The notes below the pieces were generated by a model. It did no database searches. It had not been told where the DNA came from and saw only the letters and a list, made by a program, of their open reading frames with translations. The translations under genes were made by a program, and so were the position numbers. From the human T2T-CHM13v2.0 reference genome, Homo sapiens: a DNA stretch of 64,000 nucleotides. Of this stretch, positions 16,238 to 34,640 are shown piece by piece (within the stretch, counting starts at the first letter, position 1; every line of letters starts with the position of its first letter). Where the stretch lies: the NCBI RefSeq assembly GCF_009914755.1, contig NC_060945.1. One strand, written 5' to 3'.

Positions 16238-17162
16238 GTAAGACCCATGAAGGCTGCATTTCAGCCCCCCTCTAAGAACCAGCAGTGCCTTCCATCACTG
16301 CAACAGCAAACACCCCTCCATAAACATCTAGGGCAGCGAGCAGTCACATCCCGTGAGACTCAACTGGGTCAGAGGGCCCTTGCTTGGGTCTCCTCCAGCC
16401 ACGGGTGCCCTGGTCTTGGGGGGTGGTGCCCCTGGGTGGGGCTTAAGGAGGTAGCTGCCCAGCTCTGCCTGTTGTCTCCATCCTCAGGGGCCTGGGGCAA
16501 CTGCTGGCCACCAAGCAGTGTCCAGTGTCATAGCCGCTCACTTGTCCTGTGGGGCCACCCATGAGATGCAGGATTCCTGGTCAGCCCCAACACCAGGCCC
16601 ACACCTCCACGCAGGCCTGGAAGGCAGGAGAGAGCAAGCTTTCTTCTCCTTTATTTGTGAATTATCAGCACCTAGAAACTTAAGCGGGCAAATGCTGAAT
16701 TGCTGGAGACTGTGAAGCTGTGATACACACAGAGTTGCTCCTTCCCTTCCTGGCTGGGGTGCTGGCCTGGGGAGCCTCCTGCCCGGGTCACTCCACTGCG
16801 CATGCTCTGTGGCTACCGTGAGACTGACCTGCCTCAGACACCCTTCTCCTTGAGCCTCAAGGGCCTCATGGCCTGGACCTCCGTGATCAGCCAGAGGAGC
16901 CCAGAGTCCATGGTGCTGTGGCCTCCTGCCCACTCTGGGACCCCAGGGAGAGGGCCTGTCCTCGCTGAGCCTCCGACACCGGTTCTGAGCCTCTTGGACA
17001 ACATTTTCTCTCCAGTTTACAAGTAGGAGCCCCTTGCATAAATAAGATGGGGAAAATCCCTGCAGATGACATGGCCGGGGCCCTGGGCCCCGGGAGCCAT
17101 TTCTGTTCCTTGTCACTCAGCCTGGCCAGTCCTTGAGTTTTTCCCCAGAGTGTCCTCAATAA

Positions 17163-17651
<489 letters not shown>

Positions 17652-17837
17652 AGTGTTCTGGTCTGTTTGTGATGGGTGTAAGAATCTGTCTCTTTAAAGA
17701 GGTGCCTCTGGCCAGGTGGTTACCTCTGTCACCAGAGATGAGTCACCCAGTCTCAGCTCGCAGGCCTTCCTGGACGTTCCCAGATAGTCCCCAGGGCTGG
17801 AGGCCTGTCGAAGGTGTAGCTCCACCACGCCCTTTGA

Positions 17838-17921
17838 TCTCTTCCTCCTCTCCTCTTCCCCACCCGCTTCCCCCTCCTTCCCCCTCCTTCCCCCTCCTCC
17901 TTCCCCCTCCTCCTTCTCTCC
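17838..17921 (+). repeat. Polypyrimidine (CCT/CCCCT) tract
   Basis: About 85 nt nearly pure C/T. Confidence 0.9.
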
Positions 17922-18179
17922 TGCTGAGGGCATTTGGCCTCATAGATAAGCGGTTTCTAATGAGCTCACTGGTTTCCGATGGTGGGTGGGGAGTGACTCT
18001 GGGCTTTCTGTGCTGCCTCTTCGACCTCGTCCCTGTTTTCTGCTGTGCGGAGCATGGCCCTTTCCTAATCCGAAAGAGCCGCACAGTCCCTTCCAGTGCT
18101 GCCTGTGGTCTCGCCCAGCTGGCTGTGCTATTGCGGGACATGGGGCCCAGCCTCCTGCTCCTTCAGAGGCCTGGGGTGG

Positions 18180-18425
18180 GTGAGGCTGGGGTGCCCTGGT
18201 GCTGGATGCAGGGGTGCTGTGGTGCTGAATGCTGGGGTGCCCTGGTGCTGGACGTTGGGTGCCCAGGCACTGGATGCTGGGGTGGCCTGGTGCTGGATGC
18301 TGGGTGGCCTGGTGCTGGGTGGCCTGATGCTGGGTGCTGGGTGGTCTGGTGCTGGATGCTGGGTGGCCTGGTGCTGGGTGCTGGGTGGCCTGGTGCTGGG
18401 TACTGGGTGCTCTGGTGGTGGATGC
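18180..18425 (+). repeat. Degenerate GC-rich minisatellite (GGTGCTGGATGCTGGGTGGCCT-like)
   Basis: Repeated ggtgctgg/gtggcct units. Confidence 0.85.
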
Positions 18426-18962
18426 AGAGGCAGGGCTATCTGTGGGTCTGCCCTTGGGTGTGGGGCAAGCCAGGTCAGCATATTGCAAAGCACACGTTGG
18501 GCTGCTGCTTGTGTAATTGTCTCCTTGTCTCTGCTCTCTCCCTTCTCCCACCTCACATGGGATAGATCGGAGTTAACAGTGATGCCTTTGTTTTTTGTCA
18601 AAAGCATCATACTCATGCCCCGTGGCATTCTCTTTAAGGGAAGAGCTGGTTTTACTAAAGATGTGCTTCAATGCAGTGACGTGCGGTGCTGAGCAAGGCC
18701 GGGAACCTGGCCCCTGACCTGTGTACACTGGCCGGCCGTGCTCCCCTCACCCTGCGGCTAGACCTCAAATGGCATCCCCACCTCCCTCAGCCAACTGCAG
18801 CCCCTCTGGTAGCATGGAGCTCGCAGACGCTGGGTGCAGGAGGCCTGGGCCTGGGCCAGACGGGTTCCCTGCACAGCTGCTTTTGCGTCATTGATGCAGA
18901 CGCGGAGACTCACTTCTCTGCTTCGTGTGTTCCTAGTTGGTCTCCAGTTCTTGAACAAATAA

Positions 18963-19302
<340 letters not shown>

Positions 19303-19829
19303 GTGCCAGTTTCTTATATAAGCTGATTTGGAGGAAGAAAAGGGCCTGTTGTTTGATGACTCTGTGGCCCCAGGCCCAGCCCTGTGGAAGCCTGGAGTAT
19401 ACGGCCGGGGTTTGTGGCACAGGCGAGGGGAGCCACAGGTGAAGGTGTGCAGGTGCGCAGGTGCGCAGGGCTCCTGTGGGTGAGGGCACCGTGGCTCAGG
19501 GATGGGTAAGCAGTGTTTTCAGGAGCACTGAGGAGCGGGCCAGTGCTGGCAAGGGGGTTCCTTGGCAGCAGCTGACAGGAGGGAAGGTTGCCCGGTCAGG
19601 GGCTCCAAATACAGGCAGGGGTTTTTGCAAAGCCGGGGCAGCGACATGGCAATCGTGATGCCATAGGAAGCCGAAGCCTGCAAAGGGCACAGCTGGGTGG
19701 ACGCAGCACCTGCGGCCAGAGACTGGTGGCTGAGCATGGGGGTGCCTGGCATGGAAACTTGCAGGGCTTGGAGCTGATGGTTAGGGGAGGGAGTCACCAA
19801 TATCACCTCTGCTCCTCCTGGCAGTCCCC

Positions 19830-20688
<859 letters not shown>

Positions 20689-20710
20689 GTTTGCTGGAGA
20701 TTTCATAGTG

Positions 20711-20905
20711 CAGGAACTGGCTAAACGTGGGTACTCCAAAGCAGCCCTGCTAACCAGGTCAAGGCCCAGCTCCTTCTCTGTTTTTGCAGGTGAAGTAGTA
20801 CTGGCTGTCACTCCATTGCCTTCTTGGTGCCTGTGGCCACTGTTGAGCTGCAATGGCCCCAAGCCTGAAATATTCACCATCTTCCTGCCCAGAAGCAGTC
20901 GCCAC
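20711..20905. mobile_element. MER58-like hAT element
   Basis: tggccccaagcctgaaatattcaccatc; degenerate. Confidence 0.45.
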
Positions 20906-21273
20906 CCTCTGTTCTGGATGAAAAGACCCCAAAGAAACAACCAAATGCAGCCTAGGAACCTGGATTAGAGTCCAGGTTGAAACAGCAACTATCTCAGTGT
21001 TTCTGGGACAGCTGGGGAAATGCAAATGTAGGTTGACTAATAGATGATATCAGGGACTAAGGGTTAATTTTCTTAGTGTGCTAATTTTATTGTGATGATG
21101 AAGAAGGCCTTACTCTTAGCAGAGACACACTGAAATATTTGGGTATAAAGTGCTATGATGTCTGGAAGTAATGCTCAGGTGGTTGAGGAATAAAAGCGTG
21201 CGCACACGCACACACACACACACAACTGCGCTCTCCTCAAATGTTAATTCTAATATAGGTAGTTGTATACAGA

Positions 21274-21575
<302 letters not shown>

Positions 21576-21659
21576 ATATACACGTTCTTGTTGTACTATT
21601 AATTCAACTTCTCTATACAAACTTTTCATTTAAAAAGTTGGAGAAAACATCGTGTTTTA

Positions 21660-21962
21660 GTTTTTTGTTTGTTTATTTTTGAGACAGAGTCTCACTCTTT
21701 CACCTGTATTGGAGTGCAGTGGCACAGTCGCAGCTCCCTGCAGCCTCAACCTCCCAGGCTCAAACGATCCTTCCACCTCAGCCTCCAAGTAGCTGGCACT
21801 ACAGGTGCACACCACCACACCCAGCTAATTTTTAATTTTTTTGTAGAGATGGGGTCTCAGTATATTGCCCAGGCTGGTCTCGAATTCCTGGGCTCAAGCA
21901 ATCCTCCTGTCTCAGCCTTCCAAAATGTTGGAATGACAGGCTTGCATCACTGCACCCAGCTT
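21660..21962 (-). mobile_element. AluJ
   Basis: ctgcagcctcaacctcccaggctcaaacgatcc. Confidence 0.9.
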
Positions 21963-22034
21963 GGTTTTACTTTTTAACATTTGTAAGGCTTTACTCCACC
22001 TGGAATTGTTTTTGTGTAGGATATATATATATAT

Positions 22035-22180
22035 GAAAGCTAATGTATGCTGGGCTTAATGCCTAGGTGATGGGATGGTCTATGCAGCAAACCACCGTGG
22101 CACACGTTTACCTGTGGAACAGACCTGCACATCCTGCACATGTACCCCGGAACTTAAAATAAAAGTTGAAGAAAAAAAGA
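22035..22180 (+). mobile_element. Short old primate L1 3' end with A-rich tail
   Basis: gcttaatgcctaggtgatggg...cctgcacatcctgcacatgtaccccggaacttaaaataaaag. Confidence 0.85.
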
Positions 22181-22330
22181 AAGAAACCTTAGCAGGGTAG
22201 CTAGATAAATGGTAAGGTCAATCAATATTCTTATATATCAGCAACAAACAGGTAGAAAATGAATTATTTAAATACCAGTTACAGTAGCATCCAAAATATG
22301 AAGTACCAGGAAAACATTAAACAGAACATG

Positions 22331-22620
<290 letters not shown>

Positions 22621-23271
22621 CAAAGTTTCTTATTGATTTTAAAAATCTTATCTGTACATTATTTCAGATTTTTAAACATTTATTTCTTTAACTTTTAGAT
22701 TTTGAAGTGCACAGTCATGTCATCTGTGAATAACAACAGATTTGTTTTCCTTTTCAGTCCTTAGATTTCTATTGACTTTTCTTGTCGTCCTGTGCTGGCA
22801 TCTCCAACAAGCATGGGACTGAGGTGATGAAGGCATGTTGGCGACAGAGGGTCCTCACCAAAGGGAAACCTTCCTTGTTACACTGCTAAGTGAAGTGGTT
22901 GTTGTGGGTTTTTTTTTTTTTTTAATGTTTTTTATCAAGTTGAGAAAATTCCCCTCCATTTCGCATTTGCCAGGAGGTTCTGGTTTTTGTTTTTAATCAC
23001 AATCATGATTGGATGTTGCCAGTTACAGTGAACTTGTGGCTTTCCCCTTTTGATTTGTTAATATCATGTTAAAAAGTCCCTGCATTCCTGGAATAAACCC
23101 AATTTAGCCATGATCTTTTTCATAAATTACTGGATTAGTTAACTAATACAGGCACACCTTGGTGATATTGTGGGTTCCGTTCCGGACTTCGGCAATAAAA
23201 TAAATATCACGATAAAGTGAGGCACACACATTTTTTGATTTCCCAGTGCATACAGAAGTTAGGTTTATGCT

Positions 23272-23310
23272 GTGTACAGCCATGCCACCCTGAACGTGCC
23301 TGATCTCATC
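23272..23310 (+). pseudogene. 5S rRNA 5' fragment (nt 1-39), tailless retropseudogene
   Basis: gtgtacagccatgccaccctgaacgtgcctgatctcatc vs 5S GTCTACGGCCATACCACCCTGAACGCGCCCGATCTCGTC (33/39), flanked by an 18-bp duplication. Confidence 0.85.
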
Positions 23311-23543
23311 AGAAGTTATGTTTCTGCTATACTGTAGTCTGTTAAGTGTGCAATAGCATTGTGTCTAAAAAAAACAGTGTGCATGCCTTAATTAAAAAAT
23401 ACTTGATTGCTAAAAAATGCTAATGATCATCTGAGCCTTCAGTGAGTCTTCGTCTTTTTGCTAGTAGACGGGTCTGCTTCGACGTGAATGGCTGCTGAGC
23501 ACTCAGGGAGGTGGTTGCTGAAATGGGGTGGCCATTGCAATTT

Positions 23544-23668
23544 CCTACAATATGACATTTTGGATCTGTGTCCCTAAAATCTGACATTTTGGATCCGTGT
23601 CCCTAAAATCTAACATTTTGGATCTGTGTCCCTAAAATATGACATTTTGGATCTGTGTCCCTAAAATC

Positions 23669-23691
<23 letters not shown>
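23544..23691 (+). repeat. 29-bp minisatellite, ~5 copies
   Basis: Unit cctaaaat(c/a)tgacattttggatctgtgtc. Confidence 0.95.
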
Positions 23692-24702
<1,011 letters not shown>

Positions 24703-24974
24703 GGACAGCAATGAAGCTTGCCACATGGATGGACTCTCTTTTTCACAAGTTTTCTCTGTAGCACGTGATGTCATTTGATAGCATTTTACCCACAGTAGAA
24801 CTTCTTTCCAAATTGGAGTCACTCCTCTCAAACCCTGCAGCTGTTTTATCAATCAAGTTTATGTAACACTCTGGATCTTTGTTGTTATTTCCACAATGTT
24901 CACAGCATCTTCACTAGGAGTAGGTTCTACCTTAAGAAACCATTTGCTTTGCTCATCCATAAGAAGCAACTCCG

Positions 24975-25323
<349 letters not shown>

Positions 25324-25598
25324 TCACATCTTCAGACCCCACTAATAATTCTAGTTCTCTTGCTATTTCCACCACTTCTGCAGTGACTTCTTCTGCTGAA
25401 GTCTTGAACTCCTCAAAGTCATCCACGTAGCTTGGAATCAGCTTCTTCTAAACTATTAATGTTGATATTTTGACCCCCTCCCATGAATCATGCGTCTTCT
25501 TAATGGCATCTAGAATGGTGAATCCTTTCCGGAAGGTTTTCCATTTACTTTGCCCAGATCCATCAGAGGAATCACTATCCATGGCAGCTATATTCCTA

Positions 25599-25956
<358 letters not shown>

Positions 25957-26429
25957 TTACTCCTTGATCCATGGGCTGCAGAGTGGATGTCGTGTTACCA
26001 GGTATGAAAGCAACATTCATCTCCTTGTGCATCTCCCCCAGAGCTTTTGGGTGACCACGTGCATTGGCAATGAACAGTAATTTTTTGAAAGGAATCCTTT
26101 TTTCCTGAGCAGTAGGTCTCAACAGTGAGCTTAAAATATTCAGTAAACCATGCTGTAAGCAGGTGTGCTGTCATCCAGGCTTTGTTATTCCATCTCTAGA
26201 GCACAGGCAAAAGTAGATTTAGCATCATTCTTAAGGGCTCTAGGATTTTCGGAATAGTATATGAGCATTGGCTTCAACTTAAAGTCACCAGCTGCATTAG
26301 CCCCTAACAAGAAAGTCAGCCTGTCCCTTGAAGCTTTGAAGCCAGACATTGACTTCTCTCTAGTTGTGAAAGTCCTAGATGGCATCTTTTTCCAATATCA
26401 GGCTGTTTCGTCTACATCAATAATCTGTT

Positions 26430-26734
<305 letters not shown>

Positions 26735-28662
26735 CTATTGTTGAGTGTGGCCACCTTCATCAGTGATCTTAGCTCCATCTGCAGATGACTTGCTGCAGCT
26801 TCTCCGTGGGCACCTACTGCTTCACCTGCACTTTTATGTGAAGAAGATGTGGCTTCTTTTCTTAAATCTCCTGAGCCAGCAGCCTCTGCTAGCTTCCAAC
26901 TTTTTCTCTGCAGCTTCCTCAACTGTCTCAACCTTCACAGAATTGAAGAGAGTAAGGGCCTTGCTAGGCACTAGGCTTTGGTTTAAGGGAATATTGAGGC
27001 TGGTTTGATCTTCTCTCCGGACCACTCGAACTTTCTCCATATCAGCAATAACGCTGTTTCATTTTCTTATCATTTGTGTGTTTACCTAAGTAGCACTTTT
27101 AATTTCCTCCAAGAACTTTTTCTTTGCATTCATCACTTGGCCAACTGTTTGGCCCAAGAGGCCCAGCTTTCGGCCTATCTCGGCTTTCACCACACCTTCC
27201 TCAGCAGGCTTAGTCACTTCTAGCTTTTGATGTAAAGTGAGAGCTGTGCAACTCATCCTTTTACTTGAACACTTACAGGCCATCAGAGGGTTATTAAGTG
27301 GCCTCATTTCAACACTGCTGTGTAACAGGGAATAGGGAGGCTGGAACAGAGGGAGAGAGATGGGAAGAGCCGCTCGGCCGAGCAGTTCAGAGCATGCACG
27401 ACCTTTTTCCACTCAGTTCCTCCTCTGATGGGGGCCCGGTTCACAGCACTGAAAACAATTATGGTAGGAACATCAAAGATCACTGACCACAGATCACTGT
27501 GACAGGTATAACAATCATGAAAAAGTTTGAACGATTGCGAAAATTACCAAAATGTGACACAGACGCCAGAAGTGAGCACTTGATGTTGGAAAAACGTGGC
27601 CGATAGACTTGCTGGATTCAGGGCTGCCACGAACCTTCACGCTGCAAAAACTCAGTATCTGGAAGTGCAGCGAAGCCAGGCACAGTGAACAAGCTTCCTT
27701 CCGGCTTCTGGCGTTCATGCTCGTGAGTGAGACTGCTCCGTAATTATCCTTTGCATCCTGTTTTTGTCAGGTTTTGGCAAAAAGATTATATTAGCTTCAA
27801 AATGCACTGGGCAGGGGCCAGGTATTTCTTTCTTTCTTTCTTTTTTTTTTTTTTTTAACTTCTCTAAAAGAGTTTATGGAAGATTGGAATCCCTACACCA
27901 AGAGTGTAGGATATCACTGGTGAAATCGTTCTGAACTTAGCATGATCATTTTTTTGGTGGTGGATGTTTGACTTTTGTTTCAGTTTTGTAACGATTATGG
28001 TATTCTTTGGGTTTTCTATTTTTTTTTTTTGGTAACAGCTTTGTGGAGATATAGTTCACCCACTATATGACTCACCCATTTCGAGGGGATAAGTGTGATA
28101 ATTTAATATATTCACATAATTTGTAAAGGTCAATTTGGTATAAATTGGCATATCTGTCACCATAAGTATTTGTCTCGTCTTTAAGCTAAAAACATTCAAA
28201 TTCTTCTCTGCTATCTATTTTGAAATATACGATAGATTATTGTAAACTGTAGTCACCATACTGATCTATAAACACCGGGTCTTATTTCTAGGTCTTACTT
28301 CTTTTATCAAGTGTTTATCTATACCCACTAATCAACCTCTCTTCCTCTCTGCCCCTGATTTATTCTTGAGGATATTTTTGTCCGTTATTGTTCTTAGGAA
28401 TTTGTCCATTTAACTTTACATTTTCAAGTTCATTCCTATGAAAAGGCATCAGTGGCCTCTGATTTTAAAAGACCTGAAGCACTGGACTCTGTTCCCCTTT
28501 CTTTCCTGACCTGATTCGCACCTCCTCTCTTTTTATCATCAACTCTCTTGATAAAACTCTTTTGATTTTATTGATCCTTTCAGAGAACCAACTTTGTGGC
28601 TTTTTGTATGTTTTCTATCTTATTAATTTCTGAGTTTTAGATTGTTTTGTTACTTCTTCTAA

Positions 28663-29031
<369 letters not shown>

Positions 29032-29178
29032 TGTTATCAGCATTTTACAATGTTCTAATGCAGTCCACACTTAAGGTTGCCACTCCCCTTAGGAACTGTT
29101 TAGGCTGCGTCAGCCTATATGTAGTGACAGGATTTTTTTTTTTTTTTTTTTTTACTATTTCATTCAACATATTTTTGA

Positions 29179-29827
<649 letters not shown>

Positions 29828-30109
29828 TGATAACTGTTTTTAACTTCTGAGCATACCAGGATTTTTGCAGATAACTTTTTGTTACTTTTTTTTCCCCTCG
29901 TTTAAGCGTCTGTGGGGTGAAGGAATCTGCTCTGCTTGATCTCTGTCTTCTGAAACTTTTTAGGACTTGCCTTATGGCCCAGCACACGGTCAGATTTTAA
30001 AATGTTCTGTGTGTCTTTGAACAGATTCTGTTCTGCAGTGGTAGGGGCAGCATTGTGTGTAGATTGATTGAATCAAGTTTATTCATCATGTTATTCAAAT
30101 CTTCTATAC

Positions 30110-30225
30110 TAAGGGTCAGCAAACTACAGCCTATAGGCTAAGTCTGGCTAGCTACCTGCTTTTATAAAGTTTTGCTGGACCGCAGTCACACCATTTGTTT
30201 ATGTCTTGTCTACAGCTGTTTTTGC
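30110..30225. mobile_element. MER58A 5' fragment
   Basis: agggtcagcaaactacagcc...aaagttttgctggaccgcagtcacaccatttgttt. Confidence 0.75.
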
Positions 30226-30566
30226 ATTGTGGATTTGTCTATTTTGTCTAGCAGTTGTATCGAGTTTTGCTTTATATACTTGAGAGCTATGTTATTAGGT
30301 GATACAGACTTAAAATTTTATATCTTCCTTATGAATGAAGCGACTATTACTGTGAAATTATCTTCTTACCTTTTTAATGCTTTCTGCCTTTCAGACTTTG
30401 TCTGGAATTAATATAGCGGCACCAGCTGCCTTTTGTTTACTGTTTGCTTTGCATGTCTCTTTTATTTTTTTATTTTTAATTTTTCTGTATCTTTAAATCT
30501 GAAATGTATCTCTTGTAGACAGTGTATGATTGGAGGATCTTTTTTAAATTGAAGTTTGACAGTCCG

Positions 30567-31773
30567 TTTTTTTTTTTTTTTTTTTTTTTTTCAGTATTTA
30601 TTGATCATTCTTGGGTGTTTCTTGGAGAGGGGGATGTGGCAGGGTCATAGGATAATAGTGGAGGGAAGGTCAGCAGATAAACATGTGAACAGAGGTCTCT
30701 GGTTTTCCTAGGCAGAGGACCCTGCGGCCTTCCGCAGTGTTTGTGTCCCTGGGTACTTGAGATTAGGGAGTGGTGATGACTCTTAAGGAGCATGCTGCCT
30801 TCAAGCGTCTGTTTAACAAAGCACATCTTGCACCGCCCTTAATCCATTTAACCCTGAGTGGACACAGCACATGTTTCAGAGAGCACGGGGTTGGGGGTAA
30901 GGTTATAGATTAACAGCATCCCAAGGCAGAAGAATTTTTCTTAGTACAGAACAAAATGGAGTCTCCTATGTCTACTTCTTTCTACACAGACACAGTAACA
31001 ATCTGATCCCTCTTTCTTTTCCCCACATTTCCCCCTTTTCTATTCGACAAAACCGCCGTCATCATCATGGCCTGTTCTCGATGGTCGCTGTCCCTTCGGA
31101 GCTGTTAGGCACACCTGCAGAAGGGTTCCCAGACAGGGCGGCCGGGCAGAGGCGCTCCTCACATCCCAGAGGGGGCGGCCGGGCAGAGGCGCTCCTCACA
31201 TCCCAGACGGGGCGGCCGGGCAGAGGGGCTCCTCACCTCCCAGAGGGGGCGGCCGGGCAGAGGCGCTCCTCACATCCCAGACGGGGCGGCCGGGCAGAGG
31301 GGCTCCTCCCATCCCAGAGGGGGCGGCTGGGCAGAGACGCTCCTCACTTCCTAGACGGGGTGGCAGCCGGGCAGAGGCTGTAATCTTAGCACTTTGGGAG
31401 GCCAAGGCAGGCGGCTAGGAGGTGGAGGTTGTAGCGAGCCGAGATCACGCCTCTGCACTCCAGCCTGGGCAACATTGAGTATTGAGTGAGCGAGACTCCG
31501 TCTGCAATCCCAGCACCTCGGGAGGCCGAGGCGGGCAGATCACTCGAGGTCAGGAGCTGGAGACCAGCCCGGTCAACACGGCGTCTCCACCAAAAATACA
31601 AAAACCAGTCAGGCATGGCGGCGCGCGCCTGCAATCCCAGGCACTCAGCAGGCTGAGGCAGGAGAATCAGGCAGGGAGGTTGCAGCGAGCTGAGATCAGG
31701 GCAGTACAGTCCAGCCTCGGTAACAGAGGGAGACCGAAAAAAGAAAGAAGAGGGGAGAGGGGAGAGGGAGAGC
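30567..31773 (-). mobile_element. Full-length SVA retrotransposon, old (SVA_A-like), short VNTR
   Basis: T25 tail, SINE-R (30592-~31110), GC-rich VNTR (~31120-31380), Alu-like domain (~31381-31740), degenerate CCCTCT hexamers. TSD gacagtccgtttttt/gacagttggtttttt. Confidence 0.95.
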
Positions 31774-32137
31774 GACAGTTGGTTTTTTAAGTCTGACAAC
31801 TAAAAAAATTTAACTGGATCATTTATTTGGTTTACTTTAAATGTAGCTGCAGATATTTGCGTTGAAATATACCATCTTATATTTTGTTGATTTCTTGGTC
31901 TGTGCTGATGTTTTCCTTTCCTTCTCCTTTCTTGCTCTTTTTGAGTCAACTATTGATCCTTTCATTTTCTGCCCTCCACCAGTTTGGATGTTACAGACTC
32001 TGTTCTTTTACTGGTTTCCCCACAAGCACAACATTCTTATTAAACGAATCTACAATTAACCTGTACGTTTTACACTCGGGAATATCCAAGGACCTGCAAG
32101 CATCCTTACCTTCGTTAATGCCCCTTACAACTAATAG

Positions 32138-32449
<312 letters not shown>

Positions 32450-32507
32450 TGTGTATTTAAATTCTTTTTTACTTTTGAATATCACAAGACATTGCTGGAT
32501 TATTACT

Positions 32508-32638
32508 GTTTTTTTTTTTGTAGGTACAGGGTTTCACCATGTTGTTCACGCTGGTCTCAAATTCCTGAACTCAAGTGATCCTTGTGCCTTGGCCTCCCAA
32601 AGTGTTTGGATTATAGGCGTGAGCCACTCTGCCCGGCC
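32508..32638 (-). mobile_element. FLAM/Alu left monomer
   Basis: Single arm. Confidence 0.85.
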
Positions 32639-34640
32639 TGATTACATTTTGTGTTAGATTTGCACACACTTGCCGCTCTCTTTCCTTTACGTTTTGCATC
32701 TCAGACTTCCCATCTGGGATCTCTTTTTCTCCTTGAAGTGCACGTACATGAGAAATTCCTCTGGTTAGAGTGTGCTGGTGGCGAACCCGCCCCTTGTGTT
32801 TGTCCGGAAGCACTAGTTTTCCCTGCCCCTTGGGGGATATGCTTGCTGGTTGCAGAACTCTTGGTTGGCAGTGCCGTTCTTTCAGCACTTTGATGTCAGC
32901 CTCTGCTTGGCGTCAGCATCTTTTTGTGTGAAGACATCCTTGTCAGGCCATCTCTCCTTTGAAGGTAGTCTCCCTTTTTTCTCAGGTTGCTTCTAAGATC
33001 AAAATTAAAAACCTTTGTGCTACAAAGGACACCATCAAGAAAGGACGACCACAGGAAGGGGGAAGATGTTTGTAAATCACAGATCCGGCCGGGGATGTGC
33101 ACCCAGAGCCTCTAAAGGTCTCTTAGAAGGTCTGAGCGATTCGTGACCGGATCCCCGGGACGCCCTTGCCCTTACCGAGTGCGTTGGGGAGGGCTGGCAG
33201 ACAGGGAGGAGGGAGCCCTGCTGCTTGGGCTGGCCGCGGTGAGCAGCGGCAGCGCTGTGGTTCTGGCTCTTGCCTTCCTGCCCTGAGCAGAGCACCCCTC
33301 CCATCTGCTCCCCACCGCTGAGGATCACTGGTCCCCCAGGAGGCTTCCCAGGCATCACCTCGTGTGTGTGTGTGCAGCAGCTGCCTCGGCCCCGGTTCTG
33401 TTGGGTGTTGAGAGGAGCTTGGGAGAACCCATGACTGGGAGTGGTAGAGATTCGTGACCCAGCCCCGGTGATGCTCTCTTGACCTGCCTAGGTCAAGAAG
33501 AAATTGGGAAGAGGCGATGAACTGAGAGGAGGAGTGTCTCAGGTGCTGTCAGTACATGGTCTGCCTTTGGAGCACCGCCTTCTTTTTGCTGATTAAGTGC
33601 AGGCTTGCCTTCTAGTTTAACGTGGGCAGGCAAATAGTCCTGCTATTGCATTCTGACATAGAAAATGTACTTTGAGTGAGATGTCTTCATGGAGAGTAAA
33701 TGATCTGGAGGTAGAAAGAAAAAGGCAAATGCTTTTGTTCTCTTCCAGAGACGGCTGTCAAGCTGGCTCTGCAAGTCAGGCCCTCTGCAGCTGAGGTTCC
33801 ACTTTAGACATAGGTCAGTGTGTCTTGGAGAGGGAACACCTGTGAGGTCCACTGGAGAAGCCCATTCTGGATGAGTGAAAACCTGGATTTAAAAATGCAA
33901 GATTCCAGCTTGCACTTCTAGCCATGGTGGAAGATACAGACCAAATTTCACAGCCTACCTTAATCAACCAGAAAGCCAAACAAAAGTGCATGAAGCCACA
34001 GGCTTCAGACACTGGTGGCAGGCCGTGTGGACAGTGACCAGAGAGGGGCATGAGGGAAGTGAGGCCTCAGTAGCCCAGCGTGTCACCTGCAGAGTCTCCA
34101 GCCACAGGGCAGGGAGGGGAACCAGGACCTGGTGGAGACAGAGTGTGGAGTTAAGGGGCTCCAGGAAGGCTGGAATGTACAAAGAAAAATATGGAAGAAG
34201 AGGGAGTTCCATAAAGAAACAGCTCTGGAGAGCTGAGGAGGGGCCTTCCAGTCTCTGAGAGCTGACCACAGGTGGCATGTGAATGCTGCCCAGGTGAGGG
34301 AAAGGGGCGTGGGAGAGCAGGGGTGGCACAGTCCCCGAGTTCACAGGGTGGGGTGAATCTGTGTGCTCAGTGGCCAGAGGGAGAGACTCACCACCCAAGG
34401 TTGTCCTACAAAGGTCCGCTCAGGACTCACCAAACAGAGCTTACGAGCGAGATCTGAAAAGATCAAACTGGTTCTAGGTTGACTGCTCCCAGAACAAAGC
34501 CCGGAGATGCAGGACAGCAGCAAACCCAGCGTCCAGTGCCAAGTTCACAGGCACCAAGTTCACAGTGCCCAGCAGCCAAGCAAAAGTGACTGCCATACAG
34601 AAAACCCAGAAGAAGAGGAAAATCAATGGTTGGAAACATC

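Noticed and set aside
17669-18565. 298-aa ORF and overlapping long ORFs
   Set aside because: Stop-free only because of the pyrimidine tract and GC-rich minisatellite; low-complexity translation, no recognisable domain
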